Source of the DNA: Paraspadella gotoi
Taxonomy: Eukaryota; Animalia; Chaetognatha
Length of the DNA: 64,000 nucleotides
Direction: 5' to 3'
NCBI GenBank assembly: GCA_051294375.1
Contig: CM119266.1
Location: 5,188,564-5,252,563 of the forward strand
The notes beneath the pieces were generated by a model that ran no database searches, was not told where the DNA came from, and saw nothing but the letters and a program-made list of their open reading frames with translations. Shown piece after piece: positions 50,911 through 64,000 of this stretch. The position numbers and the translations under genes are program-made. Position 1 is the first letter of the stretch. Each line of letters begins with the position of its first letter.

Positions 50911-52404
50911 AGAGATAGGGCAAAAGTTTCCAACACAGAGTTGAGAAAAAAAGAATAGTGGTCAAGTGGTGAGGACAGGTTAAGAATGAGGACAGATAGA
51001 GATTTTAGTTTTGAATAAGAAATGAAATGGTCAGAGTGAGAGAGATTGAGAGAGAGAGAGAGGGAGGAGAGGAGAGCAGGAGAGAGAAAAAATATTTACA
51101 TTTCAAATACAACAAATAAAGTTTTTAAACGTTATTAACAATTAACTATTTAATAAATAAATAAGTGAAGGTGAAATGAAATGTGAAAGTGAGAAGATAC
51201 ATTTAGTGTAAAGAATTTTAATAAAGTTAGAAATTAAGAATAAGAAAGAGCTCAAAAGTGAGCTGGCCCCCCCTTGGTTTGGACAAATGAGAGGCTCGGG
51301 CGATGGGCTGGGTCATTGGCGTGTCATTGGTTGAGAGGACAATTGAACCGAATATGTTATTGTCGGCTAGGGAGAGGAGGCTCCTTGCGGAAACATTCCA
51401 AGTGCTACTCGAATGTTCTTTGGCTGATACGCTGCCAGCTGCCCTCTTTCTCGCCTGCTGACGAGGTGGGCGGTTTGTCAGTTCTTGCCACTTTTGTTGA
51501 CAGGAGTGCTGGACTCCTCCCCCTCCTCCTGGAGCCGTCGTTTTGGGTCGACGCTGCGCTCCACAGAGAGAGGGATTGAGTTTGCTTACAGTCGAGGGGA
51601 GAGGCATCGCCTGCCCATTGCTGCGTAAGGGTCTCCGCCTGTCACGTTGAGTAGTAGCAACAGGGAATCATTGTGTGGGACGTGGTTGGATGCGTGGCTC
51701 CACCACGCTTTTTATAAGCGAATCATAGCTAGAGGGAGGTCGAATCGTCCTCCATCACGGTCAAAGAGGGCTCGAGGCTTTGATGAAATTAGCCTCTCTA
51801 ATAACCTCTTGAGAACCAGTTCGGGTCATGGGACAGCACGGAGGACAGTCTGACTCTCTAAATCCAAAGCGAAACATGTACGTTTTTCTATTGATAAAAA
51901 TAAAATTCGTTGTGAAACAAAAATCATTTTGCCCAAGTTACTATCTTTATTAAAATGAAAAATTTTCAAAAGAAGCTTTTCTTAATTTTGATTGCAGATT
52001 TGAATTCTCTCAAAAGTTTTATAAAAGAAAATATAAATCATTTTTAAAAATTTTCATTAAGTGAGTTAAAAATTAAAAAAACTTTATTTAATATATAAAA
52101 ATTAATTTTCAGCTTAAAATATAGTTTTTTCTAATTTTTGACCACTTAATGAAGAATTTTAAAAAAGAGTTATATTTCTTTTTATTAACTTGTTATGACG
52201 AATCCAAATCTGCAAAAAATCTTAGAAAAAAAGTTTTAAAATTTAAACATTTATTATTAGTACTAGTATAAATATGGCCTACTGCGTAAATTGTAAAAAT
52301 TATTAAAAGTTTTTTATTACATAAATGTTCATAGTATAATGTTGTTCGTTCCTCAATTTTAGAATTTTAATTAAAGTTAAATTTAGAAATTTTACTACGC
52401 CTTA
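50559..52404. mobile_element. Non-autonomous TIR DNA element with long imperfect TIRs and 7-bp TSD ATCCACA (second copy 54567-56416)
   Basis: Ends TAAGAGCGTAGTGAAA... / ...TTTTACTACGCCTTA; ATCCACA on both flanks (exact at 54560-54566 and 56417-56423); inserted into a SINE-2 fragment. Confidence 0.7.
50741..51935 (-). mobile_element. Penelope-like/retrozyme-like insertion with hammerhead and inverted partial terminal repeat (second copy 54748-55945)
   Basis: 50741-50810 is the reverse complement of 51862-51935; only the left arm extends into the CTGAnGA core. Same architecture as 13040-13206. Confidence 0.6.
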
Positions 52405-54796
52405 AATCCACATGATTCCCAAACCCATGCGTATAGGCTGGGTGAACTTTAGGCGATGCCCGACTACAACTATTTAATTTGATTTTGTTTACTCTTTTAT
52501 ATGAAAAACTTCATACTATGATTAAAACAATTTACAAAACCACTTCTACCAAAAACAAACACAAACAACATAAGAGCCATTACCAAAACTATGACCAGAG
52601 CGACTTCCACAGCATATAAAAACCACCATAATGGTCCAAAACCGAATGAATGAACAAAAAAATGATAAAAATAAAAAGTTCACGAATATGAAACAAAACA
52701 TAGAACAAAAATTAATCAATAATAGAAACAAAATGAACAAATTTAATAAGAGTTTGAGCAAGCAGTGCCATATCTGCCTACAAGCTTGAGCAAGCAGTGC
52801 CGTATCTGCTCCTACAAGTTTGTGCAAGCAGTGTCGTATCTGCCTACAATGATTAAGCTGTTAGAAGCTAATCAGGTTAACGAGTCGTAGTACATTTTAC
52901 AATATTAAGATCTTATGTATCATTTTTAGTCGGATCTGCATATCAGCAGATTCCGACTCTATTATTTACTTTGTCGGTCCGTCGTCCCTAAATCTTGTCG
53001 GTAAATCATTTTTATCACATCGGAAACATCATATTATGCTAAATTAGCAAAAAAACGATGTCTGTCCGTCTGTCTAAAGTCCGTCCCACCTTTTCATTAA
53101 ACTCCAATTACTCGTGATCGGATGGATGGAATTAGAATGAAATTTTGTATGTGGTTAGGGAAAGTGTAAGATTAAGCTGAATATGACGCAGAGAAGTCAC
53201 GCGTAATTTGTTTTTTCCCAAACCCCCCCCCAAACTTATGATCATTTTTACTCACTGGTCGCCATATTGATTCATAATCTTTTAGCTATAGTTGTTGTTT
53301 GGTACCGGAGACCTGATACTATCTCCGAGAGTGTCAACCGCTCACAAGAAGGGCAATAGGGTCAGGAAAGAAGAGAAATCTGACAAAATCCAGAAAAAGC
53401 TGTACAAAAAATTGCTATAGTAGCGTTTATGTTAGGCGGAAATTTTGCTTTAAAAAAAAAATTCACATTTTTCTATAGAGATTTCGTTCTGGAATCTGAC
53501 TGCCCCAATTTACAAACGAGCCTGCAGAAATTCCGGTAGAAGAAACAGTTGTAAAAACACGCCGATTCCGACAGCTTTGTCATCTTCAAGAGCTTCGTTC
53601 CGTTCTTTTGTGGCATTTGATCATAAGATTTTACTATCAAAACAAGCTAGGGAAAATAGGACTACTCATCTCCGGAGGATTTCCATTCCTTATTGTTTAC
53701 TAAGGAAATGAAATGGGAAATTTCACTTTTTTAAAATTACAAACGGGATTAGGGTATGTTAGCATTATAAGTGGTTACTTCGAATTATGGATTCAAAAGC
53801 CTTGTGTCCTAGAGCTCGTTCTATTTTTAGTTCGATCTGCTTTTCACGCAGATCCCGACTCTATAACTCACTTTGTCGGTCCGTCGGTCCGCCCCCTCAA
53901 TATTGTCGGGCACCACTTATAATCTCTCTCTTTTNNNNNNNNNNNNNNNNNNNNNNNNNAATTGCACAAACTTGTTTAAATCAAAACTCTTTAAAATTAT
54001 TTCTTTTTTAATCATAACTCTTCAAAATCATTTCCTAAAATCATAACTCTTCAAAACTGCATCCAAAATATAATTTTTTTTTCAGCGCATCTACCTGCTA
54101 ATTCCGAATCCAAAGAAAGTTTGTAAGCTTTCATTCACGATTTCAAAGGATATGTCCTTCTTATTATTACAGTCCGAAAAATATCTGGGTGACGGCCTAT
54201 TATCCAAACAAAGCGGAACATATTTCTCTCATCGATACCAAGTACGGCTGGGGATAATTCTTAACGGCATTGCAAATTTCAAATCGCCTCTTAAAATTTG
54301 AACTCATGATTGGATATTTGATTAAGTTGAAATTGTGGAATTGGGTAGGGAAGTATGCTATTGAGCTGGAAATCAAGTTCCGATGGAATCATAGTAGAAA
54401 TGATTTTATTAGAAAAAAACAAAATGATATTTAACTATGTGGTGCTAAGTGGGCTGAAGATGACTATCAGCAACTTTAACACCTCTAGCAGCCATGGAAC
54501 GGGTCCTGGGCTTGGAACAGGCTTGAAGGTTTTCCATGCCCCCAAGGAGGCTTTGGGCCATCCACATAAGAGCGTAGTGAAAAGTTACATACAGAAATTC
54601 TATAAAGTCAATTATGAACAACATACCATTAGTGAATATTAATTTGTAAAAAAAATAATTTATGTTTTTTAATTTCGCAGTAGCCATATTTATTTATAGT
54701 ACTATCCTTAGTAATAAAACCTTTCTTTTTTCGTTGTTATATGTATTTGGGCAAAATGATTTTTGTTTCACAATGAATTTTTTTTTATTCATAGAA

Positions 54797-54839
54797 AACG
54801 TACATGTTTCGGCTTTGGATGCAAGCCTTCTTCAGCGTC
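54797..54839 (-). ncRNA. Minimal type I hammerhead ribozyme (PLE type)
   Basis: Minus strand GACG-CUGAAGA-A-GGCUU-gcaucca-AAGCC-GAAAC-AU-GUA/CGUU: stem I GACG:CGUU, 5-bp stem II, palindromic stem III ACAUGU, GUA cleavage triplet. The duplicate at 50788-50831 has CUGGAAGA (one extra G). Confidence 0.7.
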
Positions 54840-56444
54840 CAATGATTTGTTGAAAATTTGTACAGTTTTTGTGTTGAAAGAAGGGAGAGAGAGAGAAAAA
54901 GAGAGAGAGAGAGAGAGGAGAAGATAGGGCAAAGTTTCCAACACAGAGTTGAAGAAAAGAAAGAATAGTGGTCAAGTGGTGAGGACAGGTTAAGAATGAG
55001 GACAGATAGAGATTTTAGTTTTGAATAAGAAATGAAATGGTCAGAGTGAGAGAGATTGAGAGAGAGAGAGAGAGGGAGAGAGAGAGACAGGGAGAGAGAA
55101 ATAATATTTACATTTCAAATGTACAACAAATAAAGTTTTTAAACCGTTATTAACAATTAACTATTTAATAAATAAATAAGTGAAGGTGAAAATGAAATGT
55201 GAAAGTGAGAAGATACATTTAGTGTAAAGAATTGTTAATAAAGTTAGAAATTAAGAATAAGAAAGAGCTCAAAAGTGAGCTGGCCCCCCCTTGGTTTGGA
55301 CAAATGAGAGGCTCGGGCGATGGGCTGGTCATTGGGTGTCATTGGTTGAGAGGACAATTGAACCGAATATGTTATTGTCGGGCTAGGGAGGGAGGCTTCC
55401 TTGCGGAAACATTCCAAGTGCTACTCGAATGTCTCTTTGGCCTGATACGCCTGCCAGCTGCCCTCTTCTCCGCCTGCTGACGAGGTGGGCGGTTGTCAGT
55501 TCTTGCCACTTTTGTGACAGGATGCTGGACTCCTCCCCCTCCTCCTGGAGCCGTCGTTTTGGGTCGACGCTCGCTCCCCAGAGAGAGGGATTGAGTTGCT
55601 ACAGTCGAGGGAGAGGCATGCGCCTGCCCATTGCCTGCGTAAGGGTCTCCGCCTGTCACGTTGAGTAGCAACAGGGAATCATGTGTGCGGTGCGTGGTGG
55701 GCGGGGCCTCCACCAGCTTTTGATAAGCGAATCATAGCTATGGAGGGAGGTCGAATCGTCCTCCATCACGGTTCAAAGAGGGCTCGAGAGGCTTTGATGT
55801 AAATTGCCTCTCTAATACTCTTGAGAACCAGTCGGGTCATGGGACAGCCGAGACAAGTCTGACTCTCTAAATCCAAAGCCGAAACATGTACGTTTTCTAT
55901 GATAAAAATAAAATTCGTTGTGAAACAAAAATCATTTTGCCCAAGTACTATCCTTATAAAATCGAAAAATTTTCAAAAAGAGGCTTTTCTTAATTTTGAT
56001 TGCAGATTTGAATCCTCCTCAAAAGTTTGATAAAAGAAAATATAAATCATTTTTAAAAATTCTTTCATTAAGTGAGTTAAAAATTAAAAAACTTTATTTA
56101 TATATAAAAAATAATTTTCAGCTTAAAATATAGCTTTTTCTAATTTTTGACCCACTTAATGAAGAATTTTAAAAAAGAGTATATTTTCTTTTTATTAACT
56201 TGTTATGACGAATCCAAATCTCAAAAAAATCTTAGAAAAAAAGTTTTTAAAATTTAAACATTTATTGGATTAGTACTAGTATAAATATGGCCTACTGCGT
56301 AAATTGTAAAATTATTAAAAGTTTTTTATTACATAAATGTTCATAGTATAATGTTGTTCGTTCCTCACTTTAGAATTTTAATTAAAGTTACAATTTAGAA
56401 ATTTTACTACGCCTTAATCCACATGATCCCAAAGACCATGCGTA

Positions 56445-57466
56445 TAGGCGTTGAAAAGACAGTAAGCGAAATATAACAATTCAAGTGGAGGTACATCAGC
56501 GTATTTGTGTAATATAGATAAGTTCTGTAGAAGTTCGATGATAGATTGAACCATTGTTTTTTGGTAGTAGTGACCTCATCTTCTGTTTGTTCGGAAATGG
56601 CGATTTTTGCAGCAATATAAGGTGCTTAGATAGACTGGAGCGAAACATTGTATGGCGAAGTATATATGAATACTCAGCGGTCAGATTATTAAGATTGTTA
56701 GTAAGAACCATATTTGAACTTACATAATATGAAAATAAAAGACCCATATAGATATTTTGTAAGTTTATTACAATTTATATTTTATTAATAGTTTGTTAGC
56801 TATATTTATTAATAAATAATAATTAAAAAATAAGCTAAAGTGAAAAAATAAAAAATTTAATATTTTAAAACCAGATTTGAATTCCTTACAAAAAGTTGAT
56901 ATAAAAAAATATAATCCATTTAAAAAAATTCTTTCATTAAGTAGGTTAAAAATATTAACAACTATTATTTTTGTTTAATTTTTAAATTTTTAGCTTAAAA
57001 TTATAGTTTTTTTGAATTTTGTCCAACTTAATGACATAATTTTGATATAAAAATTATATTTTCTTATATCAACTTTTTGCAAAGAATGCAAATCTATGAA
57101 AAAAATTTTGAAATTATTATTTTTTAACTTTAGCCCAATTTTTACTCATAATTATTAATAAATATAGTTAACTAACTTTTTATAAAACATAAAATTTAGA
57201 AATAAACTTACCAAAATATTTTTATAAATCTTTATTTTTTATATTTCAAAAGCTCATATAAATTTTATAGAATTTTAATAATTTGATTTATCATAACTTA
57301 TAATGTTTTAATAATTTTATATACATTAAAAACCCTTATTTTCGACAAGAAAGATAAAATTATACAAAAAAATGGTCATCACCATCGAATTCTACAGACT
57401 ACATTACTCTAAAATAGCTATGTACCTCACTTGATTTGTTATATTTTGTTATTTTTCAACGCTCTA
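56445..57466. mobile_element. MITE-like TIR element with 7-bp TSD ATGCGTA, absent from the paralogous site at ~52430
   Basis: TIRs TAGGCGTTGAAAA...AAATATAACAATTCAAGTGGAGGTACAT / ATGTACCTCACTTGATTTGTTATATTT...TTTTCAACGCTCTA; ATGCGTA at 56438-56444 and 57467-57473; the empty allele reads CCATGCGTATAGGCTGGG. Confidence 0.8.
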
Positions 57467-59693
57467 ATGCGTATAGGCTGGGTGAACTTTAGGCGATGCC
57501 CGACTACAACTATTTAATTTTGATTTTGTTTACTCTTTTATATGAAAAACTTCATACTATGATTAAAACAATTTACAAAACCACTTCTACCAAAACAAAC
57601 ACAAACAACATAAGAGCCATTACCAAAACTATGACCAGAGCGACTTCCACAACTATAAAAACCACCATAATGTCCAAAACCGAATGAATGAACAAAAAAT
57701 GATAAAAATAAAAAAGTTCACAAATATGAACAAAACATAGGAACAAAAATTAATCAATAATAGAAACAAAATGAACAAATTTAATAAGAAGTTTGAGCAA
57801 GCAGTGCCATATCTGCCTACAAGCTTGAGCAAGCAGTGCCGTATCTGCCTACAAGTTTGTGCAAGCAGTGTCGTATCTGCCTACAATGATTAAGCTGTTA
57901 GAAGCTAATCAGTTAACGAGTCGTAGTACATTTTACAATATTAAGATCTTATGTATCATTTTTAGTCGGATCTGCTTATCAGCAGATTCCGACTCTATTA
58001 TTTACTTTGTCGGTCCGTCGGTCCCTAAATCTTGTCGGTAAATCATTTTTATCACATCGGAACATCATATTATGCTAAATTAGGCAAAAAAACCGATGTC
58101 TGTCCGTCTGTCTAAAGGTCCGTCCCACCTTTTCATTAAACTCCAATTACTCGTGATCGGATGGATGGATTAGAATGAAATTTTGTATGTGGTTAGGAAA
58201 GTGTATGATTAAGCTGAATATGACGCAGAGACAGATCACGCTTAATTTGCTTCCCACCCAACTTATGATCATTTTTACTTCACTGGTCGCCATATTTGAT
58301 TCATAATCTTTTAGCTATAGTTGTTGTTTGGTACTCGGAGACCTAAGGTACTATCTCCATGAGTGTCAACCGCTCACAAGAAGGGCAATAGGGTCAGGAA
58401 AAGAAGAAATCTGACAAAAAGTCCAGAAAAATGCTTACAAAAAATTGTAGTAGCGTTATGTTAGGCGAAAATTTTGCTTAAAAAAAAATTCAACATTTTT
58501 CTAATAGTGAAAAGATGACATTAAAGGTGAAGTTAGTGTGAAGCGTCGTGCCCGCCCGCAGCATTCATGCTTTGCAAAAACATGCCCCTGTTCTCTACAT
58601 AAATAAGATGTTTAGCTTTGTGCTGGTTGGTAAAGAAAGATAAATAGTTAGGCCTGTGAATGGGGTGAATAAATATTTGTGTAGAATTATAATTGTAAGC
58701 ATAGCTTGTAATTCAGTGAAGCAAATATTTTAATGAAAAAAACATTATATGTTCCATTTATCCATAAAATCTTTAAGTTTACTATAGTAAATTTAGCCAT
58801 TTTTTCTTTCAGAATCATAAAAAAGAATTTATTTTCATACTTTAATTTTGAATGGGGTTTCATTAGGTTCTAAATATTCCATACTAGAGGTTTTGACTTA
58901 GTTTGACACTCACCCTGTAGAGGTTTAGCAAAGTAATAATTCTAATATTGTGACTTGTCATGTTGCTATATGAGTATGGCTCTCATTTCTGTACTGTTGG
59001 GATCAGCCTGTTATATCTCCTTATTGGTTGGATAGGTCCTACCAAGAAGATATCAGGAAAAATGCAAGTTGTTTCACTCTCAACCTTCTTTTAATTATCT
59101 TATTGGAACAGTGCGAAAATTTCAGTTTGTCAAACCTAGACCAAATGGACTTTTAACATTGTAGGTTTAACTATGCAGGAGTCTTTGGTCAATGAATGAA
59201 AAGAACAAATTGGGGCAAGCTCTTGAGACAAGAAGGCTATTTAAATGCTCAAATAATTCGAAGTAATATGATAATGTTAACATATACCCTAGCCCCAAGT
59301 TTACAATTTTTTAGAAAAGCAAAAAATTCCTTTCATGTTCTATAGTAAAAAACAGGTTTGGAAAATTCTGCCGGAAGATGACTAGCTGCCATTTCCGCCT
59401 AGGCTTTGTTTGATATTTAAATCCTTTATCCCAAATGCCATAAGAACGAAATTGTGGCTAGCTCTTAAGATATAGACGCTATCGGAATCGTGTGTTTTCG
59501 TACAGACGGTAGCCGAATTTCTGGCAATCTGCGTTTGCAATTGTGGTAGGTCAGAATTGTTAAACGGAATATAGTCTTCTATTAGATAAATGTTGACAAT
59601 TTTTTTTTAAGCGAGATTCTAAGTCTAAAAGAAGTTAAAAAAAGGAGATGGGATTAGAAGTAAGAAAGTTAAAAAAATAATTTCACAGAAAAG

Positions 59694-59742
<49 letters not shown>

Positions 59743-60059
59743 CAACTGAAGAATAGGAAGAGGGCCGAAGGATCGAGGACGCCGTTTATGGGAGGGAAGG
59801 AGAGGAAGAGAGAGAGAGAGAAGAGAGGAATGAAAAGGAGGGGAGGACGAATTAGAAAGTAAATTTTAAGCATATTTGGCAAAGTATATTTAAATTGAAA
59901 TAATGATCAAAAAGAGAAGAGATATGTTTTTATAAACAAGTAAAAGAAAATTTAAAAAAAGAGATGGGTTTAGAAACAAGTTTAAATAGAAGCTAAAAAA
60001 AACAACAAAAACAGACAACTCGAGAAGGGAGGATGAGAAAAAGAGAAGAGAAAGAGAAT

Positions 60060-62140
60060 TTGATCATCGACGAGATTTGAGCCAGCTGCTGTGACTGCTG
60101 CCAGCGTCACGCAGCGGGAAGGGGATTGTCTGGGCCGTGTTGGCGGCGGGTCAAAAGAGGCCAGGGCACAGAAAAATATTTAAAAGTTAAAGAGTATAAA
60201 AGAGGGATGTGGTAAAGGAGAGATGGTGAGATATTGGGTGAAAGAGAGGGGAGAGAGCAAGGCAATCGAGCTGTTTAGGCTGCAGCTGTCGTGATTGCAT
60301 CTCCTGGATGGTGATCCTCTGGCCGAGGTTCAAGCGTTGAAACCGTCGGGGGTAAAGAAAGGGAAGAGGGGCGGGGATGGAGGTGAGGAGGGGGGAAAGA
60401 AGGCGGCAGGTAGAGAGGGGCACAGGCGTTCAATCACTTCTTTGGGTGAAAGATCCTGGGGTGTGAAATAAGTCACGTGAGCAGTGGTCAAGGATGATGC
60501 GAGTATGAAAAGGTCAAGAGGATGAACACCACGAGAGAAAGAATAGAGAGAAAAGTAGGAGGAAAAAGCGTGCTGGTCAACGTGACGACTTGCTCCAGAG
60601 GAGGGTCACGGTCCAGAGAAAAGGCGGATAAGATAGATAAGCAGACTGGAGAGCTTGAGTAGGCTATGGTAACTCAGGTGAGACGGAGGAGTTCCAGTAG
60701 GGAGAGAATCGAAATGAGCAGGAGGCCAAAACATTAAAAGTAAAAGAGATTAAAGAAAGATATCTGATATAATATAGAATTCCAAATAACGGTGTTGAGT
60801 AATTACGAAATAAAATTTAAATGATAATTTAGGGGAGTATCATAAGTAATCAGAGGAAATAAGGGAAATAAATAGTGAGGTAACAGAACTATACGTCAGT
60901 AAGAGAAATAGTCGAACGCACGTATAGTAATGGAAAGAGTTTTCCAAAATGAGGAAGCAATTTGGGAATAAGGATAATGTTATGAAATAAAGTGAAAAAA
61001 GTTTTTAATAGCCAGTGAACAGGTAGGATATGGAAAATCTCGAAAATTTAGTTGAATGAGAAGAAAATGTGGAGACCTGTAAAAGGAAAATTTGTTTTTA
61101 ACTACTGTTTCTCTGAAATACAGGGACGGGAGTCGAGTCGACGGTGAAAAAAATTTTAAGATTAGCGTCGTCCAGCTTATGAGAAAAGGAGAGATAAATT
61201 TCCGTTACCATTCAGTTTCGTGTCAACTGAGGAAGAAAGGTTTGGTTTATTTCGCTAAATTTCAAAAAATTGTGAACAAGGAATAAGAGACAGGCTTCGT
61301 ACCCCTCTGTAAAATGAAATAATTATCACAAATTACGGATGTGACGCCAATCTGTAAAAGAGTTTAGTTACGGTTTTGGTTGCTAAAACATCAATTTTTT
61401 TTTATTACAATATAACCACATTACATATCATACTACATTCGGTTTTCATGACTCGCTGTTTGTTATTTTGTTTAACCGAGTAGCTCCTGAGTCAGTTTGT
61501 TTTCTTCTCTTTTGTTTTTTCCCCCTAAAAATTTGCCTTTTGTTGCGCGAGAAAAAAGTTTTTAATTTTTTTTTGTTTACCAAAATTGCAGTAGAAAAAA
61601 TGTAAGTAAAGTGTATGTTTAAAAACAAGTTTTGAGTGAGGAATTCAAACAAAATTCGAGGTAAAACCGAAAAAAAATGCCAGGTTTGTTTTGAAAGTCC
61701 GAGGAGTTAGATAGAAGAGATGAGGTTAAACAAAGAAAGGGAGGAGTTTGGACGCCCCGGGTGGGTTGGGTGGGTTTAGGTGCCCGGTTAAAGTCGGAAG
61801 CACGGGATCTTAATCCTGGGTAGGTTAACCTAGGGAGAGGCCTGATTGGGCGCCACTGGAAGATGGGTATCTAGTAAAGGTAGGTACTAACTAGTCTCTC
61901 ATCAGGTAAACGGGTAAGTAAGGATATGGACGTCTAATAAGTCTAAAGTATAGTAAGGCGGTTATGTACAAATAAGAGGGAGAGGGAGGAGGTTTCTTGT
62001 GCCCGACTTGTGGTTGAGCTGAGAGTGAATCCTGGTCCCGCCCGAGGGTTGCCGGAGGGATGAGAGAGGGATGAGGAGGAGGGGACGACGGGGATGGGAA
62101 GAGCTGTGGCGGTAAACGCCCCCTCTATCTTGTCAATCAC
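60060..62140 (-). mobile_element. Possible highly degenerate retroelement fragment
   Basis: About 2 kb of strongly C/T-skewed minus-strand sequence with broken ORFs (P/S-rich 62140-61943; weak endonuclease-like hints near 61220). No diagnostic motif confirmed. Confidence 0.3.
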
Positions 62141-62424
62141 AGCAGTGAATGACTATCATCGCATCAATAATTGATTATCATGCGAATCAATAATCAATTC
62201 CTATTACATCAATAAATTACTATTACATCAATCAATTAGTATTACCTCAATCAATTACTAGTACATCAACAATTCGTTATCGCATGATTCATTCGTTTTT
62301 TTCCCGGGTTTTTTCATTAATTTTCTATGATAGTGGCTCTGGCTCGATCTTGAGTCTTTTAAGATTTTTTTATTTTATGTCTCCTTCTCTCTCTCTCTCT
62401 CTCACTCTCTCTCTCTCTCTCTCA

Positions 62425-62455
<31 letters not shown>

Positions 62456-64000
62456 ATGCAATAGCGACGATCCTTATGCTTTAAAGATTTTTTTAACTTG
62501 CATCATTTTTCAACTTGCATAATTTTTTTCAACTTGCATTCCGTCAAAACTTTATATCTAGCTTCTTCACTCACTTTCCTACCGGCTCACAAATTTCATC
62601 TCATCTATCATGGGTTAAATAAATCAAAAGATTCAAGTAAATGTGACTCATATTTTTTTCATTTAAACTCATTTCCACTGGTACGTTTCCACTGAAACTT
62701 TTATATCAAGCTTCGTCACACGTTTTCCTACCCCACACACAAAATTTAACTCAATCTATCCATCCAATTATGATTAATTAGAGTATTTATTGGTTAAAAT
62801 AAGTAAAAAGATTTTAGTAAATTCGACTTATGTTTTTCCATTTAAAACTAATTACCACTCACACGAGTTATTTCAGCTTTATCACACCTTTCTACCCACA
62901 CACAAAATTTAATTCCAATACCACCAGCCAATCACGAGTTATTGGAGCTTTTTGCTAAGATGGGACGGATGGACGGATTGATTGACTATATAATTAATTA
63001 TTGATTAATTTATTTACTAATTGATTAATTAACTGATTAATTATTTGATTTATTAATACATCCTGCATATACATTTAATATAAAGGAAAAGAAGCATAAT
63101 CAATTAGTAAAACAGGTTTTTTGTTTTTTTTCCATTTAAACTCATTTCCACTCAAACTATTCCATCGAAATTGATTTCCTGTTCAATCACACACTTTCCT
63201 ACCCACATACAAAATTCCAGGTCAATCAGCCATCCACTCATGAGCAATTGGTGTTCAAATAGTGAATATATTTTTTTTTTTTTCCATTTAAACTCATTTC
63301 CACTCGGACGATTCCATCGAAACTTCATATCCAGCTCAATCACACACTTACCTATCCACACACAAAATTCATTTAAATCCATCCATCCAATCACGAGTAA
63401 TTGGTGTTTTTTGCTAGGTGGGACGGACGGACGGACGGACGGACGACGGACGACGGACGGACGGACGGACGGACGACGGACGGACGACGACGGACGGACG
63501 ACGGACGACGGACAGCAGACAGGGAAAATCATTTTTTTGCATAATTTATCATAATTCGAAGTTCTGACATGATATAAGTGTGTGCCCGACAATATTGAGG
63601 GGGCGGACCGAGGACCGACAAAGTGAGTTATAGAGTCGGGATCTGCTGATAAGCAGATCCGACTAAAAATAGAACGAGCTCTAGGGACACAAGGCTTTTG
63701 AATCATAATTCGAAGTACCACTTATAATGCTAACATACCCTAATCCCGTTTGTAATTTTAAAAAAGTGAAATTTCCCTTTCATTTCTATAGTAAAAATAA
63801 GGAATGGAAATCCTCCGGAGATGAGTAGTCTATTTCCCCTAGCTTGTTTGATAGTAAAATCTTTATCAAATGCCACAAGAAGAAGGAACGAGCTTTGAGA
63901 TGCAAAGCTGTCGGAATCGGGTGTTTTTACAACTGTTTTCTACCGGAATTTCTTGCAGGCTCGTTTGTAATTGGGCAGTCAGATTCAACGGAAATCTCTA

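Larger units (their letters stand above)
49951..53478 (+). repeat. ~3.5-kb segment duplicated in tandem at 53961-58503
   Basis: Collinear near-identical copies separated by an N gap; the second copy carries an extra 1-kb insertion (56445-57466). Confidence 0.92.

Noticed and set aside
58885-58920. Tc1/mariner-like end (TACAGGGTGAG on the minus strand)
   Set aside because: No matching second TIR or transposase found in the window.

Overview
Eukaryotic (animal-like) genomic DNA with AT-rich introns, GC-rich exons and many (AG)n microsatellites. Bases 1-27.6 kb are gene-rich. They hold the 5' part of an outer-arm axonemal dynein heavy chain gene (DNAH5/8 family, minus strand, 16 coding exons resolved by hand) with an RFX X-box in its promoter. 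Inside its 6.9-kb intron (3763-10681) lie four small, spliced, opposite-strand paralogous genes encoding five copies of a ~65-aa Gly/Tyr/Asn/Ser-rich domain that I cannot assign to a named family; this is the main candidate for an undescribed system. Next come a divergently oriented transmembrane mucin (signal peptide-PTS-EGF-SEA-EGF-TM-PDZ-ligand tail) and a frameshifted S/T-rich plus Kelch gene or pseudogene. After N-gaps (28.5-30 kb) the window is a noisy, partly duplicated repeat field. It contains Helentron/HINE-like elements carrying satellite arrays, two tRNA-derived SINE families, a Ty3/Gypsy integrase with PPT, a 2.3-kb palindrome built from CCCTAA/TTAGGG-containing units, a Tx1/L1 remnant, TIR elements with 7-bp TSDs, Penelope-like remnants with minimal hammerhead ribozymes and an orphan signal-peptide exon. 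All calls come from reading the sequence by eye; no searches were run.
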